Positions 48,544-59,102 of a stretch of 64,000 nucleotides of DNA are shown piece after piece. The stretch is taken from positions 128,001-192,000 of the forward strand of contig CAWANH010000003.1 of assembly GCA_963783375.1 (NCBI GenBank). The letters run 5' to 3'. Each line of letters opens with the position of its first letter. Positions within the stretch are counted from its first letter, which is position 1. Made by a program: the position numbers and the translations under genes. This DNA is from Candidatus Eiseniibacteriota bacterium. GTDB lineage: Bacteria; Eisenbacteria; RBG-16-71-46; JABDJR01. The notes beneath the pieces are model-generated. The model was not told the DNA's origin. It searched no databases and was given only the letters and a program-made list of their open reading frames with translations.

Positions 48544-50856
48544 TCAGACCTCGAAACCCATCTTCCGGAGGAACGCCGGCCAGCGGGGATCGCGCTGCAG
48601 CGCGGTCAGCACCGGAATGGACTTCACCATGCTCGCCCCCGAGTCGCGGGTGTCCACCGCCCGGTCCATCCAGTGGAAGGCGTCGTCCACCTCGCCCCGG
48701 ATCGCGTGGAGGATGGCGATCTGGATCGCGGAGTCCTCGGGGTGCTCGGCCTTGAGCTTCTCGAGCGCCGCCCGCGACTCGGCCTCCCGCCCCATGGCGA
48801 AGTACACGTCGCCGAGAGCGAGTAGCCGGGCGAACTCCGCGGGCTCCCGCTCGGCGTGGGACAGCGCCTCATCGAGCCGGCCCATCCGGCAAAGGATGCT
48901 GGCCAGGATGCTGTGACACACGATCCGCTGCGGGGCCAGCTCCAGCGCCTTGAGGTAGGCGGTTTCCGCCTCCTCGAACCGTAGAGCCGAGAAGTAGACC
49001 CGGCCCAGGCGGGCGTATGCGTTCGAGCTCAGGGGATCCAGCGCGGTTACCTTCTCGGCGAACGCCACCGCCTCCTCGGCCCGCCCCAGATACGAGGCCA
49101 GCTCCCCCGCCTCCTGGATCACGTCCAGGCTGTCCGGGGCCAGCGCCAGGGCGCGGGCCGACGACGCCTGCGCCCCCTTCCAGTCCCACTCGTACATCCG
49201 CTGGACCCGGGAGAGCATGACGTACCCCTCGGCCAGGTCGGGTTCGATGGCCAGCGCCCGCTCGGCCGCCTCGCGCGCCCTCGGCCAGCCCTCGTCCACG
49301 GGAACCCACCCGTAGCCCCCCTGGAGGCCGAAGGCAAGGGAAAGGGCCGCCCACGCCCGGGCGTGGCCGGGATCCAGATCCACCGCCCGGCGGAGGTATC
49401 CGACCCCCTTCTCGACGTCCGCTTCGCTCAACCGGTCGATGAAGTGCCTTCCCTGGAGGAACAGGCGGTGGGCCTCTGCGTTCCCCCCGCGGCCGGCAGC
49501 GGCGGCGGCGACCTCGGCGCGCGCCTCGCGGCTGGCGGTGGAATCCTCCGACTCCCCCAGGAGCGTGGTGCGGAGCTCCTTCACCACCGATTGCGCGATG
49601 TCGTCCTGCACCGCGAAGATGTCGTCCAGGGTCCGGTCGTAGGTCTCGGACCAGAGCGGATAGCCGTCGGCGACCTTGACCAGCTGCACGGTGACCCGCA
49701 CCCGGTTTCCCGCCTTGCGCACGCTCCCCTCCAGGACGGTGGCCACCTTGAGGGCGCGACCGATCTCGGCGATCGTCGCCTCCTTGCCCTTGAAGGTGGA
49801 CGACGACGTCCGCGCCGCCACCCGGAGGCCACGGACCTTCACCAGAACGCTCAGAAGCTCGTCGGCGAGACCATCGGAGAAGTATTCATCCTCGGGGTCG
49901 CGGCTCCGGTTCACGAACGGCAGCACCGCGATCGACGGCGCATCCGTATTCGGGGGCGCGGGCTTCGCTACCGGGGAAGGAGCCGCGGCCGCCGGCCGTG
50001 ACGCCGTCTCCCGCTGGAGGATTTCCAGCTCGTTCCGCACGTCCTTGGCGGTCTGGAACCGCCGCTCGCGGTCCTTCTCCAGGCAGCGCGACACGATCCG
50101 ACCGAGATCGCGGGGCAGCTCGGCGCGGAGGTCGCGGAGCGGAACCGGCGTGTCGCGAAGAATCGCCGAGGTCACGTCCGCGGACGATTCACCCGAGAAT
50201 GGCCGCCGCCCGGTCGCCATCTCGTAGAGGATGATGCCCAGGGCGAAGAGGTCGCTGCGCGCGTCCACCGGCTCGCCCCGGATCTGCTCGGGAGCCATGT
50301 AGGGGACGGTCCCGAAGAGCTGGCCGGCCTCGGAGATCGGCGACTGCATGGTCACCATCCGGGTGGCTTCCTGCTCCGGATCCTCCTGGGCCAGCTTGGC
50401 CAGCCCGAAGTCCAGCACCTTCACCCGCCCGTCGTGAGCCACCATGATGTTCGCGGGCTTCAGATCGCGGTGCACCACGCCCCTCTCATGGGCCGCGGAC
50501 AGGGCGTCGGCCAGGGGAATCGAGAGCTCGAGGAGACGGGCGACGGGGAGGCCCCCCGGGGCGATGACGGTGTCCAGGCCCCGGCCCGTCACCAGCTCCA
50601 TGGTGAGGAAGCGCACCCCCTCCGCCTCCTCGATGGAGTGGAGGACCACGATGTTGGGGTGGGTGAGCCCGGCCACGGTGCGGGCCTCGCGCTCGAACCG
50701 GGCAAGACGGCCGGCATCCCGGGCCAGGGCGTCGGGAAGCACCTTGAGGGCCACGTCGCGCCCCAAACGCTCGTCGCGGGCCCGGTACACCTCCCCCATT
50801 CCCCCCGCGCCGATCTTCTCGGTGACGGTGTAGTGGGCCAGGGTGCGACCGATCAT
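48544..50856 (-). CDS. Ser/Thr protein kinase with TolB-like (SIAVLPF) and TPR domains
   Basis: GAGGMG, VALK, HRDLKPAN, DFG, APE; SIAVLPF; TPR repeats; DPRW. Confidence 0.95.
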   Translation of the reverse strand: MIGRTLAHYTVTEKIGAGGMGEVYRARDERLGRDVALKVLPDALARDAGRLARFEREARTVAGLTHPNIVVLHSIEEAEGVRFLTMELVTGRGLDTVIAPGGLPVARLLELSIPLADALSAAHERGVVHRDLKPANIMVAHDGRVKVLDFGLAKLAQEDPEQEATRMVTMQSPISEAGQLFGTVPYMAPEQIRGEPVDARSDLFALGIILYEMATGRRPFSGESSADVTSAILRDTPVPLRDLRAELPRDLGRIVSRCLEKDRERRFQTAKDVRNELEILQRETASRPAAAAPSPVAKPAPPNTDAPSIAVLPFVNRSRDPEDEYFSDGLADELLSVLVKVRGLRVAARTSSSTFKGKEATIAEIGRALKVATVLEGSVRKAGNRVRVTVQLVKVADGYPLWSETYDRTLDDIFAVQDDIAQSVVKELRTTLLGESEDSTASREARAEVAAAAAGRGGNAEAHRLFLQGRHFIDRLSEADVEKGVGYLRRAVDLDPGHARAWAALSLAFGLQGGYGWVPVDEGWPRAREAAERALAIEPDLAEGYVMLSRVQRMYEWDWKGAQASSARALALAPDSLDVIQEAGELASYLGRAEEAVAFAEKVTALDPLSSNAYARLGRVYFSALRFEEAETAYLKALELAPQRIVCHSILASILCRMGRLDEALSHAEREPAEFARLLALGDVYFAMGREAESRAALEKLKAEHPEDSAIQIAILHAIRGEVDDAFHWMDRAVDTRDSGASMVKSIPVLTALQRDPRWPAFLRKMGFEV

Positions 50857-50991
50857 GGGGTGCTCCGGAATAGGTTGGGTGAGACGCCGCGACAGACTTT
50901 ACCCGATGATCTGCCGCGCTCCAAGCCGACAACCGCTCCGGGATGGAAGCGCGGGGCGGGTCTCCCGCGCCTTTCTTCCGCCGCCGTTCCT

Positions 50992-52113
50992 TCAGGTGCT
51001 CCGCCGCCAAATGGCGGGACGGGCCTCTCCGTTCTCCCCGCTCTGCAGGGATCCCGCGGCCCAGATCGAGCCGTCCGGGGCCTGGGCCAGCCGCCGAATG
51101 CGGGCGGACGGAATGGCTGCTTCGCGCTCGATCCCTTCTCCCGACGGCCACCGGAGGATGAATCCGGTGTCCATGCCGCAGGCGAGATAGAGGGTGCCGT
51201 CCGCGGCGATCAGGATGTCGTTCACCCTTTCCAGGGCCTCCGGATCGGGGAGCACGATCTCGGCCCAATCTCCGGCCACGGATCGAAGCAGGAGGAAGGC
51301 GGTGTACTCGTCGGCGCCGCCGGCAAAATTCGTGATCGCCCCACCCAGGAGGATCCCCCCGGGGGCGCTCACCGCCACCGCGCCGAACTCCCGGTTGGAG
51401 CAGCCGCCGCAGGGGACGTCGATCCGGTCCCAGCCCGATCCGCGGTGCAGGAACAACACTCCGTTCGGGGATTCGGGGGTTCCCTCGGCCCCGTCGTCGA
51501 ATCCGCAGGCGGCCCAGAGCCCGTTCCGGGTCGCAATGTCGTCCAGACCGCGCTCGTTCCGGTTCGCGGGGAAGGGCAGCGTCTCCGGGGTCCATACGTC
51601 GGCGGCGGTGCTGACCATCACCTGCTGGCTCCCGATTGCTCCTCCCCCGAACCGAAGCGTGTCGCCGTTCGCCGCGAACGCGGTTCCGCCGAAGTCGAAT
51701 TCGTGACGGCTCCAGCCGTCCCGTTCGTCGAGGATGAATCCCCCCGCCGTCGGGTCCGCTCCCGCCACCACCGCCTCACCGGCGGGGGCGACGCCGACGG
51801 CGGACAACAACCCCTCGGCCGGTAGCGGGACCCCGGTGACCGGAGTCCACGCGCCGTCCTCACCGAGCGAGGCGAGAAACGGGGCGAAGGTCTGAACGGG
51901 GACGGTTCCCCCCACGCCCGCTCCCGCCGCCAGGCCCCGGGTCGCCGAGAACGCCAGCCCGAGGACGTAACCCTTCTCCGGGGCCGCGGTGAAGGTGGTT
52001 GCCTCCCAGGGGCCCAGGAGGTCCGGACGGGTCGGATCATCATTGCAGGCGAGGAGCAGGGTGGCGGAGCAAAGCGCCACGATTCCCAGCACCGACAGGT
52101 TCACGCGTTTCAT
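50992..52113 (-). CDS. Hypothetical lipoprotein (propeller-like)
   Basis: Lipobox LLAC; repeated beta-rich G..W units. Confidence 0.65.
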   Translation of the reverse strand: MKRVNLSVLGIVALCSATLLLACNDDPTRPDLLGPWEATTFTAAPEKGYVLGLAFSATRGLAAGAGVGGTVPVQTFAPFLASLGEDGAWTPVTGVPLPAEGLLSAVGVAPAGEAVVAGADPTAGGFILDERDGWSRHEFDFGGTAFAANGDTLRFGGGAIGSQQVMVSTAADVWTPETLPFPANRNERGLDDIATRNGLWAACGFDDGAEGTPESPNGVLFLHRGSGWDRIDVPCGGCSNREFGAVAVSAPGGILLGGAITNFAGGADEYTAFLLLRSVAGDWAEIVLPDPEALERVNDILIAADGTLYLACGMDTGFILRWPSGEGIEREAAIPSARIRRLAQAPDGSIWAAGSLQSGENGEARPAIWRRST

Positions 52114-52209
52114 CTCACAGCCTCACCATCTTCCCGCGGCCCTGGCAGGAATCCCCCAAGATGGGAGGGCACCGTCCCCCTCCGTCTCCGCATCAACCTA
52201 ACAGAAGCA

Positions 52210-52239
52210 GGGACCGCGGTCCTCTCGGGCCGCGGTCCC
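52210..52239. terminator. GC hairpin downstream of the 52300 gene
   Basis: GGGACCGCGGTCC-TCTC-GGGCCGCGGTCCC. Confidence 0.45.
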
Positions 52240-52299
52240 CTCTCTAAGCCTGAAGCGCGGATGATCCCCGCGAGGATTCTCGATAGCTTTCGACCTGGG

Positions 52300-53283
52300 T
52301 TACTCCTGGGTCGACGGATCCGAACCCGCGTCGGACGAACCATAGGCCTGCTTGATGGCGCCCCATGAAGCCTGCTTTGTCGGTGTGGGAGACTCGCAGA
52401 CCTTCCAGCACCCGCCCGCGTAGCTGGTGACGTACAGGCAGTTGTTGCAGAAGGTGATGCCGGCCGGCCTGGTCAGGGTTGCCCAGACGGTCTTGGTTCC
52501 GTCCGGCTTGACCCGGTAGATCTTGCCGTCGGACATGTCCGAGGCGAACATGTCGCCGCCGAAGCTCCCGCCGGTCGCCCAGTCGAACTGCTCCGGACCG
52601 ACCATTCCCCCCGTGAACAAGGTCGCGCTACCGCCGCTATCGACGGTCACGATCCCGACGCCGAGGCTCCCGGCGGCGCTGGTCGCGTAGAGCCCGGTTC
52701 CCCAGGCCCCACCCGGCCCGAACCGGAAGTAGGAGGACTGGAAGTTGGCGAACGGCGTGATCACGCCCCCGGGGGTGACCGTGCTGATCGCTCCGAAGTA
52801 GGAGATGGCGAAGAGGTCGGTGCTGTAGGCGCCGGTGGGATCGAAGGTCACGTCGCTCACGTTGGGGAAGTTGACGAACAGGGACGGCGACCCCGATGGA
52901 TCGAGACGGGTGATGCGACCGGAGCCGTACGAGGCCACGTAGAGGTAGGTGCCGAAGTCGTTGGCGGGACCGGGGCCGAAGGCCATGCCCACCGGGAACT
53001 GGATATCGGGAGCACCCGAGGCGAACGGGGAGGGATCGTCGAGGAAGTCGATGCGCTCGACGGCGTCGCCGCTGCTGTCGTCGATGTAGACGTAGTCGCC
53101 CCACACGCCGCCCGGGCTGCACGCCGCCCCCTTGGGGCCGGTGGAAGTACCAAGGACGGTCACGTCGAAGCCCGATTCGTTCAGGGTGAACTGGGCGGAT
53201 GCCGTCCCCGGGGTCATGCAAAAGACCATCGTCGCCAAGACCGCCGGGCTCATCGCGGCAGTCAGTATTCGCCTTGCTGTCAT
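52300..53283 (-). CDS. Secreted beta-propeller (NHL/SGL-like) protein with SWGxIKxxY motif
   Basis: RBS AGGAGG, signal peptide ..ASAQ, repeats P.GMAFGP..LYV; TPTKQASWGAIKQAY near C-terminus. Confidence 0.75.
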   Translation of the reverse strand: MTARRILTAAMSPAVLATMVFCMTPGTASAQFTLNESGFDVTVLGTSTGPKGAACSPGGVWGDYVYIDDSSGDAVERIDFLDDPSPFASGAPDIQFPVGMAFGPGPANDFGTYLYVASYGSGRITRLDPSGSPSLFVNFPNVSDVTFDPTGAYSTDLFAISYFGAISTVTPGGVITPFANFQSSYFRFGPGGAWGTGLYATSAAGSLGVGIVTVDSGGSATLFTGGMVGPEQFDWATGGSFGGDMFASDMSDGKIYRVKPDGTKTVWATLTRPAGITFCNNCLYVTSYAGGCWKVCESPTPTKQASWGAIKQAYGSSDAGSDPSTQE

Positions 53284-53585
53284 CTGGATCCTCCTGAGGT
53301 GCGGTGGGGTGCTTCCCGCTCGGAGTGCCCTGTCGGCTCCATCGTGCACGGGGTTTGGTTGCGGGTTGACGACCAATTCTATCATGAATCGAGCTGAGTT
53401 CGAGCCGTCGGATCAGGTTTCGAGGCTTCAAATCGCGTTTTTGCCCGAGGCTCGAGATCGGATTATCGGAACGACGGGGTTTAAGCAAGTTGGCGGAGGG
53501 ATGACCGGCTGTCCGGCCGGAGGGATCGAGCGGTGCAAGGGCGGCGGGTCCGGACGAAGGGCCACCGGCTCCGGGGACCCGCGAG

Positions 53586-55925
53586 CTAGAAGCTGCCTCG
53601 CCTCCGACGAAGTCCGCCAGTCCCATGCGCTTCAGAACCTCCCGGATACCGCGGTTCGTTCAGCAGGTCGAGGTGCGGCTCGAGGCAGGAGAATTCGAGG
53701 ATGCGCGGAACTCAGCGCCGAACGCTGACGGTAGGTCTCTTCGATGCCGTCGAGCACCTTGTCCTTTTCGCCGAGAGCGGAGTCGATGTAGGCCGAGGAC
53801 CACCGGATCCACCGCGACGCTTTCGGTGTCCCGTAGTCCTGACTTGAATCGCGAGGGCCTTCTCCCGGTCGCCGGCCGCCCCGTAGACCCGGGCCACCCA
53901 GGACCGGGCCAGTGGCGTTCCCCCACCGTGAAGCGCGGCCTCCGCCAGTTTGATCTCGGCCACCGCTTCATCGTGGCGGCCCTGTCTCGAGTAGGTGTTG
54001 GCCAGCTTGATGTGCCCCCAGATCCAGTCGGGATGGAGGGCGATGGCCGCGGTGAACTCGCGGACGGCCCGTTCGTAGTCCCCCATGAGCATGCAGACGA
54101 ATGCCACGGCATGAGTCGGGTTGGGAGAAACCGGGTCCAACCGCCTGGCCCGCTCCGCCATCTCCAGGGCCTCGGGCAGGCGATTCTGCGGTGCCCAGGA
54201 AGTCGGCGTATTCCAGGTGTGGGACGTCCCGTCCCGGCCCCGCCTCGACGGCGCGGCGGTGGGCCTCATCCGCCCCTTCCCAGTCCCAGTCGAACGCCCG
54301 CATCATGCCGAGAGCGGTCTGGGCCTCGGGGAGGTCGGGATCGAGGCGGACGGCGGTTCGGGCCGCGGCCCGGGCCCGTCGCCTGGCTTCCTGCTGGTCC
54401 AGAATGTTGTGAAGGCTCTGAATCATGTAGGACTCGGCCAGCGCGGCATGGGGCAACGCGTAGTTTGGGTCGCGTTCCGCCGCTTCCTCCAGGTACTCCG
54501 CTCCCTTGACCATCTGGGTGGCGCTCCCAATGAGCAAGGACTTGCCCTTGAGATAGAGCAGGTACGCCTGGGGATCGACCTGGTTCTCGACCAGACGAGC
54601 CACCTCATCGCTGGAGAGGGCGTCCTTGAGTTGCCGGGCGAGGTTTCGGCGAGGTCCCGCTCCATCGACGCGGCTTCGGCCAGCGGCCGGTCGTAGCGAT
54701 CGCCCCAGAGACGGCGGCCGTCGGGTACCCCCACCAGCTCGACGTTCAATACCAGGCGATCCCTCCGGGGGCGGAGATCTCCCAGCACCAAGGCGTCGAC
54801 CCCGAGCCGTTCGCCCAGGACCGGGATATCCCGGGGCTCGTCCCGCAGGGCGAAGGTCGCGTGCCGGGAGATGACCCTGAGATCCGGGATCCGCGCCAGG
54901 GTGGCGATGAGGTTCTCGGCCAGGCCTTCGCAGAGGTACTCCGCGTCCTCGTCCTTGGACCCGTTCTCGAACGGCATGACCGCCACCGATTCGATCCGGG
55001 AGAGCTCATCCTCGGGGGGCTTGCTCCGGGCGGGCCGCCGGATGCCGAAGGTCCGCCGGCTGGGCGGCAAGATCTGGAGCGCCGCGAGGAGGGCTCCGGC
55101 GTTACGAAACCGCTGCTCCGGGTTCTTCGCCAGGCACCGGTGGACGATCCTGGACAGGGACCGGGAGACGGCGCCATTCAGACCGTCCACGGCTTCCGGA
55201 GCGTGTCCCTGGATCCGCTCGAAGGTCTCGCGCGGGGTCCGGCCGGCGAAGGGTCGCTTCCCGGCCAGCATTTCGTAGAGCACGACACCCAGGCTGAAGA
55301 CGTCGGTTCGCGCGTCCAAGTCGGTTCCCAGGGTCTGCTCGGGGCTCATGTAGGGGACGGTCCCCAGGATCTCTCCCGCCTGCGTCATCCCGCCGTCGAC
55401 CTCGGGATCGAGAGCCATCGTCTTCACCAGAGGATCGGCATCGTAAGCGGGATCGTACCCGAGCCGGGCCAGGCCGAAGTCCAGCACCTTCACCTGCCCG
55501 CGATCGGTGATCATCACGTTCCCGGGCTTGATGTCGCGGTGGACGATGTGACGGGCGTGGGCGTCGGCCAGGGCATCGGCGATCTGGATGCCGATCGAGA
55601 CGGCCTCTCCGATCGGAAGGCCGCCCCGCGCGATGCGGTCGGTCAGTGTCACCCCATCGATGTGCTCCATGACGATGTAGCTCATGCCGTCGGTGTCGCC
55701 CACGTCGTAGATGTGGGCCACGTTGGGATGCTTGAGGGCCGACGCCGATCGCGCCTCCACCGTGAACCGGCGGCGGCGCACGGCGTCCGCGGCCAGTTCC
55801 GGGGGTAGCACCTTGAGGGCCACGGTGCGCTTCAAACGGACGTCCTCGGCCAGATACACCGCCCCCATGCCGCCCTCCCCCACCTTGCGGAGGATTCTGT
55901 AGTGGGAAATGGTCGTGCCGATCAA
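53586..55925 (-). pseudogene. Ser/Thr kinase-TolB-like-TPR gene with at least six single-base indels (possibly sequencing errors)
   Basis: Intact kinase domain (HRDIKPGN, DFG) and SVAVMPF; frame breaks near 54642, 54190, 53846, 53793, 53709, 53645; 3' end approximate. Confidence 0.7.
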
Positions 55926-56170
55926 GGTTGTCCCGCCGTTCGGATCAGGGAGATGCAGACAGGTTGAGGAGGCCGGATCATAGCGGATAATCCTGACACC
56001 GCGGCCCCTGGCTGACCAATGGGTTGGGGCGCAACACCTTGGACGGTGGATACGGCGGGGGCCGAACGCTAATGGCAAGCCCTTCAGTTGTTCCGAGACC
56101 CATGATCCTTCCGAAACAGCAGACGTACCGTTCCGAACGGGACTCATCCAGCGGGATCGGAGACGGGCGA

Positions 56171-58462
56171 TCAGGACTCGCTCGTCGCTCCCAGCCCCAG
56201 GCTCTCCACGAACCCCGGCCAGCGCGGATCGGTGCGGAAGGGATCGAACCCGGGGTGGCCGATGAGCGAGATGACGGTCTGGCACTCGTCGCGAGCCGCC
56301 TCCAGGATCGTCCAGGCGGTATCGCGATCGCCCAACTCCCCCAAGGCCCAGGCGGCGGCGGCCACGGCGGGAGCGGGAGAGCCGGGACCGTCCCCCGAAG
56401 CCGGACGCGCGGCCAGTTCGTCGAGCAGGGTGCGCGCCTCTCCCCCCCTGCCGGCGCGGGCCAGGGCCCAAGCCAGCACCCCCACGTAGTGCGAGGCACG
56501 GTTCGTCGCGGCGACGGCGTTCTCCAGAGCGGCGATCGCCTCGTCGTATCGGCCGCGCTGCACGAGGACGGAGGCGAGGCTCCAGAGGGCCAGGGTGTGC
56601 CCGGGTTCCAGATCGAGGCCCACCTCCAGATAACGCTCCGCCTCGTCCACCCGCCCCACCACCAGGAGGCTGAGGCCGCTCATCCCGTAAGGATAGGCGG
56701 CCAGGGGATCCATGGCCCGGGCGCGCTCGAAGATGGCCGCGCACTCGTCACCGCGCTGCTGGGCGGCCAGGGCCATGCCCTGCCAGCAGGCGGCCTGGAC
56801 CTGCTCGGAGCCGGCCGCGAGGGCGCGGTTGAACGCGTCCTCGGAGGCGGGCCAGTTACGCTCGCAGAAGGCGATCATGCCCCGCACGCAGTCTGCTTCC
56901 GCGGTTTCACCCTGGAGCTTCTCGGCGGTGATCAGGGCCCGGCGGGCCTCTTCCAGGGCGGGACGGGACGGGCGCATGGCGTAGGTGGCGCAGAGGACGG
57001 CAGTCTCGGCCAGGCCCACCCACGAGGGACCGTGAGTGGGATCCAGGTCCAGGGCGTTGCGGTAGCTGGCGGAAGCGGCGGCGTGGTCGTTCCGCAAGCG
57101 CAGGTAGCGCCCCTTGAGGAAGTGGCGGTAGGCATCGAGGTTGTTGACCTGGGCGCGCGCACGAACGGGGAGATCCTTGGAGGCGCGACGGTCCTCGCGA
57201 CCCAGGTGGCTTCGTACCGCCTCCACCACCCCGGCGGCTATCTCGTCCTGAACGGCGAAGACGTCCTCGGTATCGCGGTCGTAGCGTCGAGACCACAGGT
57301 GGTAGCCGGTTCCGGTGTCCACGAGCTGGGCGGTCACCCGCATGCGGGTTCCGGCCACGCGCACGCTCCCTTCCAGGATGTGGCCCACGTTCAGGGCCCG
57401 GCCGATGTCGGGGAGGTCGCGGTTCTCGCTTCGGGCACGGAACGCCGAGGTGCGCGAGGCGACGCGGATCCCCGGGATGGGAACGAGAGCGTTCATGATC
57501 TCCTCGGCCATGCCCTCACAGAAGTAGTCCTGGTCCTTGGCCGCACTCATGTCGGCAAAGGGAAGGACGGCGATGCCGTGGCCGAGTTGCTTCTCCGGCC
57601 CGGCTGATTCACGGTTGTCGCTCTGGAGCGTACGGAGTTCGTTGTGGATGTCGCGGGCGGTCTGGATGCGGTGGTTGGGCTCCTTGGCCAGACACCGCCG
57701 AACGATCCGGCTCAGCTCCTCGGGAAGCTCCCTCCGGCGCTCCGTCACCGGCGCCGGCTCCTCCTTCAGGATCGACGCCATGATCTCGGGGAAGCTCCCC
57801 CCCTCGAACGGCCGCGTCCCCGTGGCCAGCTCGTACAGCACGACCCCCAGCGCGAACAGGTCCGTACGCGCGTCCACGGCCTTGCCTTGCAGCTGTTCCG
57901 GAGCCATGTACGGCACCGTCCCCAGCACCATTCCCTCGCCCGTGAGCGGCGCGCTCAGGGCCCTGGTTGCACCGGGGTCAGCGGGCTCCTCCGCGGCCGT
58001 CTTGGCCAGCCCGAAGTCCAGCACCTTCACCCGCCCCTGCTTCGAGAGCATCACGTTGGCGGGCTTCAGGTCCCGGTGCACGATCCCCGCTTCGTGCGCC
58101 GCCTGAAGCGCATCGGCCAGCGAAACCCCGATCCGGAGCAGATCGGCAAGCGGAAAGCCGTCCGGCGGGAGGCAGTGATCCAGGCTCTGGCCCTCCACCA
58201 GCTCCATGGTGAGCAGGTGAACCCCCTCCGCTTCCTCCACCGAGTAGATCGTCACGATGTTGGGGTGGTTCAGGGCGGCCACCGCCTCGGCCTCCCGCTG
58301 GAAACGAGCCAGGCGGGAGGGGTCGGCGGCGACGGCGGCCGGCAGCACCTTGAGGGCCACCTGCCGCTTCAGCCGGGAGTCCGTGGCCCGGTATACCTCT
58401 CCCATTCCCCCCTCACCGATCTTGGCGGTGACGGTGTAGTGGGCCAGGGTCCGGCCGATCAT
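56171..58462 (-). CDS. Ser/Thr protein kinase with TolB-like (IAVLPF) and TPR domains
   Basis: GEGGMG, HRDLKPAN, DFG, APE; GIAVLPF; TPRs; DPRW. Confidence 0.95.
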   Translation of the reverse strand: MIGRTLAHYTVTAKIGEGGMGEVYRATDSRLKRQVALKVLPAAVAADPSRLARFQREAEAVAALNHPNIVTIYSVEEAEGVHLLTMELVEGQSLDHCLPPDGFPLADLLRIGVSLADALQAAHEAGIVHRDLKPANVMLSKQGRVKVLDFGLAKTAAEEPADPGATRALSAPLTGEGMVLGTVPYMAPEQLQGKAVDARTDLFALGVVLYELATGTRPFEGGSFPEIMASILKEEPAPVTERRRELPEELSRIVRRCLAKEPNHRIQTARDIHNELRTLQSDNRESAGPEKQLGHGIAVLPFADMSAAKDQDYFCEGMAEEIMNALVPIPGIRVASRTSAFRARSENRDLPDIGRALNVGHILEGSVRVAGTRMRVTAQLVDTGTGYHLWSRRYDRDTEDVFAVQDEIAAGVVEAVRSHLGREDRRASKDLPVRARAQVNNLDAYRHFLKGRYLRLRNDHAAASASYRNALDLDPTHGPSWVGLAETAVLCATYAMRPSRPALEEARRALITAEKLQGETAEADCVRGMIAFCERNWPASEDAFNRALAAGSEQVQAACWQGMALAAQQRGDECAAIFERARAMDPLAAYPYGMSGLSLLVVGRVDEAERYLEVGLDLEPGHTLALWSLASVLVQRGRYDEAIAALENAVAATNRASHYVGVLAWALARAGRGGEARTLLDELAARPASGDGPGSPAPAVAAAAWALGELGDRDTAWTILEAARDECQTVISLIGHPGFDPFRTDPRWPGFVESLGLGATSES

Positions 58463-58590
58463 GGGCGGGTCCCGAAGTGGTGTGTTCATGGCCGCCAACT
58501 CTAGCACCACCGGGTGCGCGCAACAGCGTGGCGGCGGGAATGCCCGGATCGGGGAAGCCGTCCGCGCCTTCCGGGGCCGGCGGCCGGAAC

Positions 58591-58998
58591 CTACTCGCAG
58601 AAGACGCGGACGACGTCGCCGTCGTCCGTATTCACCTCCACGTCCAACTCCCGAAGTGCCTCGATCAGCTCCTCACCATCGAGACTGCTGAACCGAGACA
58701 GGTCGATTCCACGCTCGGAGAGGCGCCGGCTGGCCTTGGAGGGCATCAGCGTCGTGAGCTTGATGCCGGTTCGAACGAGCCCGATCGGAATGCGGATGTT
58801 GACATTGTCCTTGCCGTCGACGACGACGCGCAGGTACTTGAGAGGTACTGCCTGCCGCGCGCCGCGGTCGCGCGCCGACTCCATGGTCGCCGTGGGCGTC
58901 CCGGGGGAGTCCAGTCGGGACAGGAGCTTCTCGCCTTCTTCGGGGGTAATGGTGGCGTCGGCAACCATCTTGAGGATCTTCGCTCGTTCACGGGACAT
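58591..58998 (-). CDS. SHOCT-like domain protein (DUF2089-associated)
   Basis: ERAKILKMVA..ITPEEGEKLL, LRVVV..VNIRIP, VRVFCE; RBS AAGGAG. Confidence 0.75.
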   Translation of the reverse strand: MSRERAKILKMVADATITPEEGEKLLSRLDSPGTPTATMESARDRGARQAVPLKYLRVVVDGKDNVNIRIPIGLVRTGIKLTTLMPSKASRRLSERGIDLSRFSSLDGEELIEALRELDVEVNTDDGDVVRVFCE

Positions 58999-59102
58999 CT
59001 TCGGGTCTCCTTCCTTTCGGGTTTCCTGGATCCTGACGAATTCGATCCGCACCCGCCTGCCGCCGGCGGTGACCGGAACCATCCCGGGATCACGTTGGGG
59101 CC

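Noticed and set aside
52196-52245. Integron attC site (ACCTAAC before a hairpin)
   Set aside because: No matching GTTRRRY end, no integrase; simpler as a terminator-like hairpin
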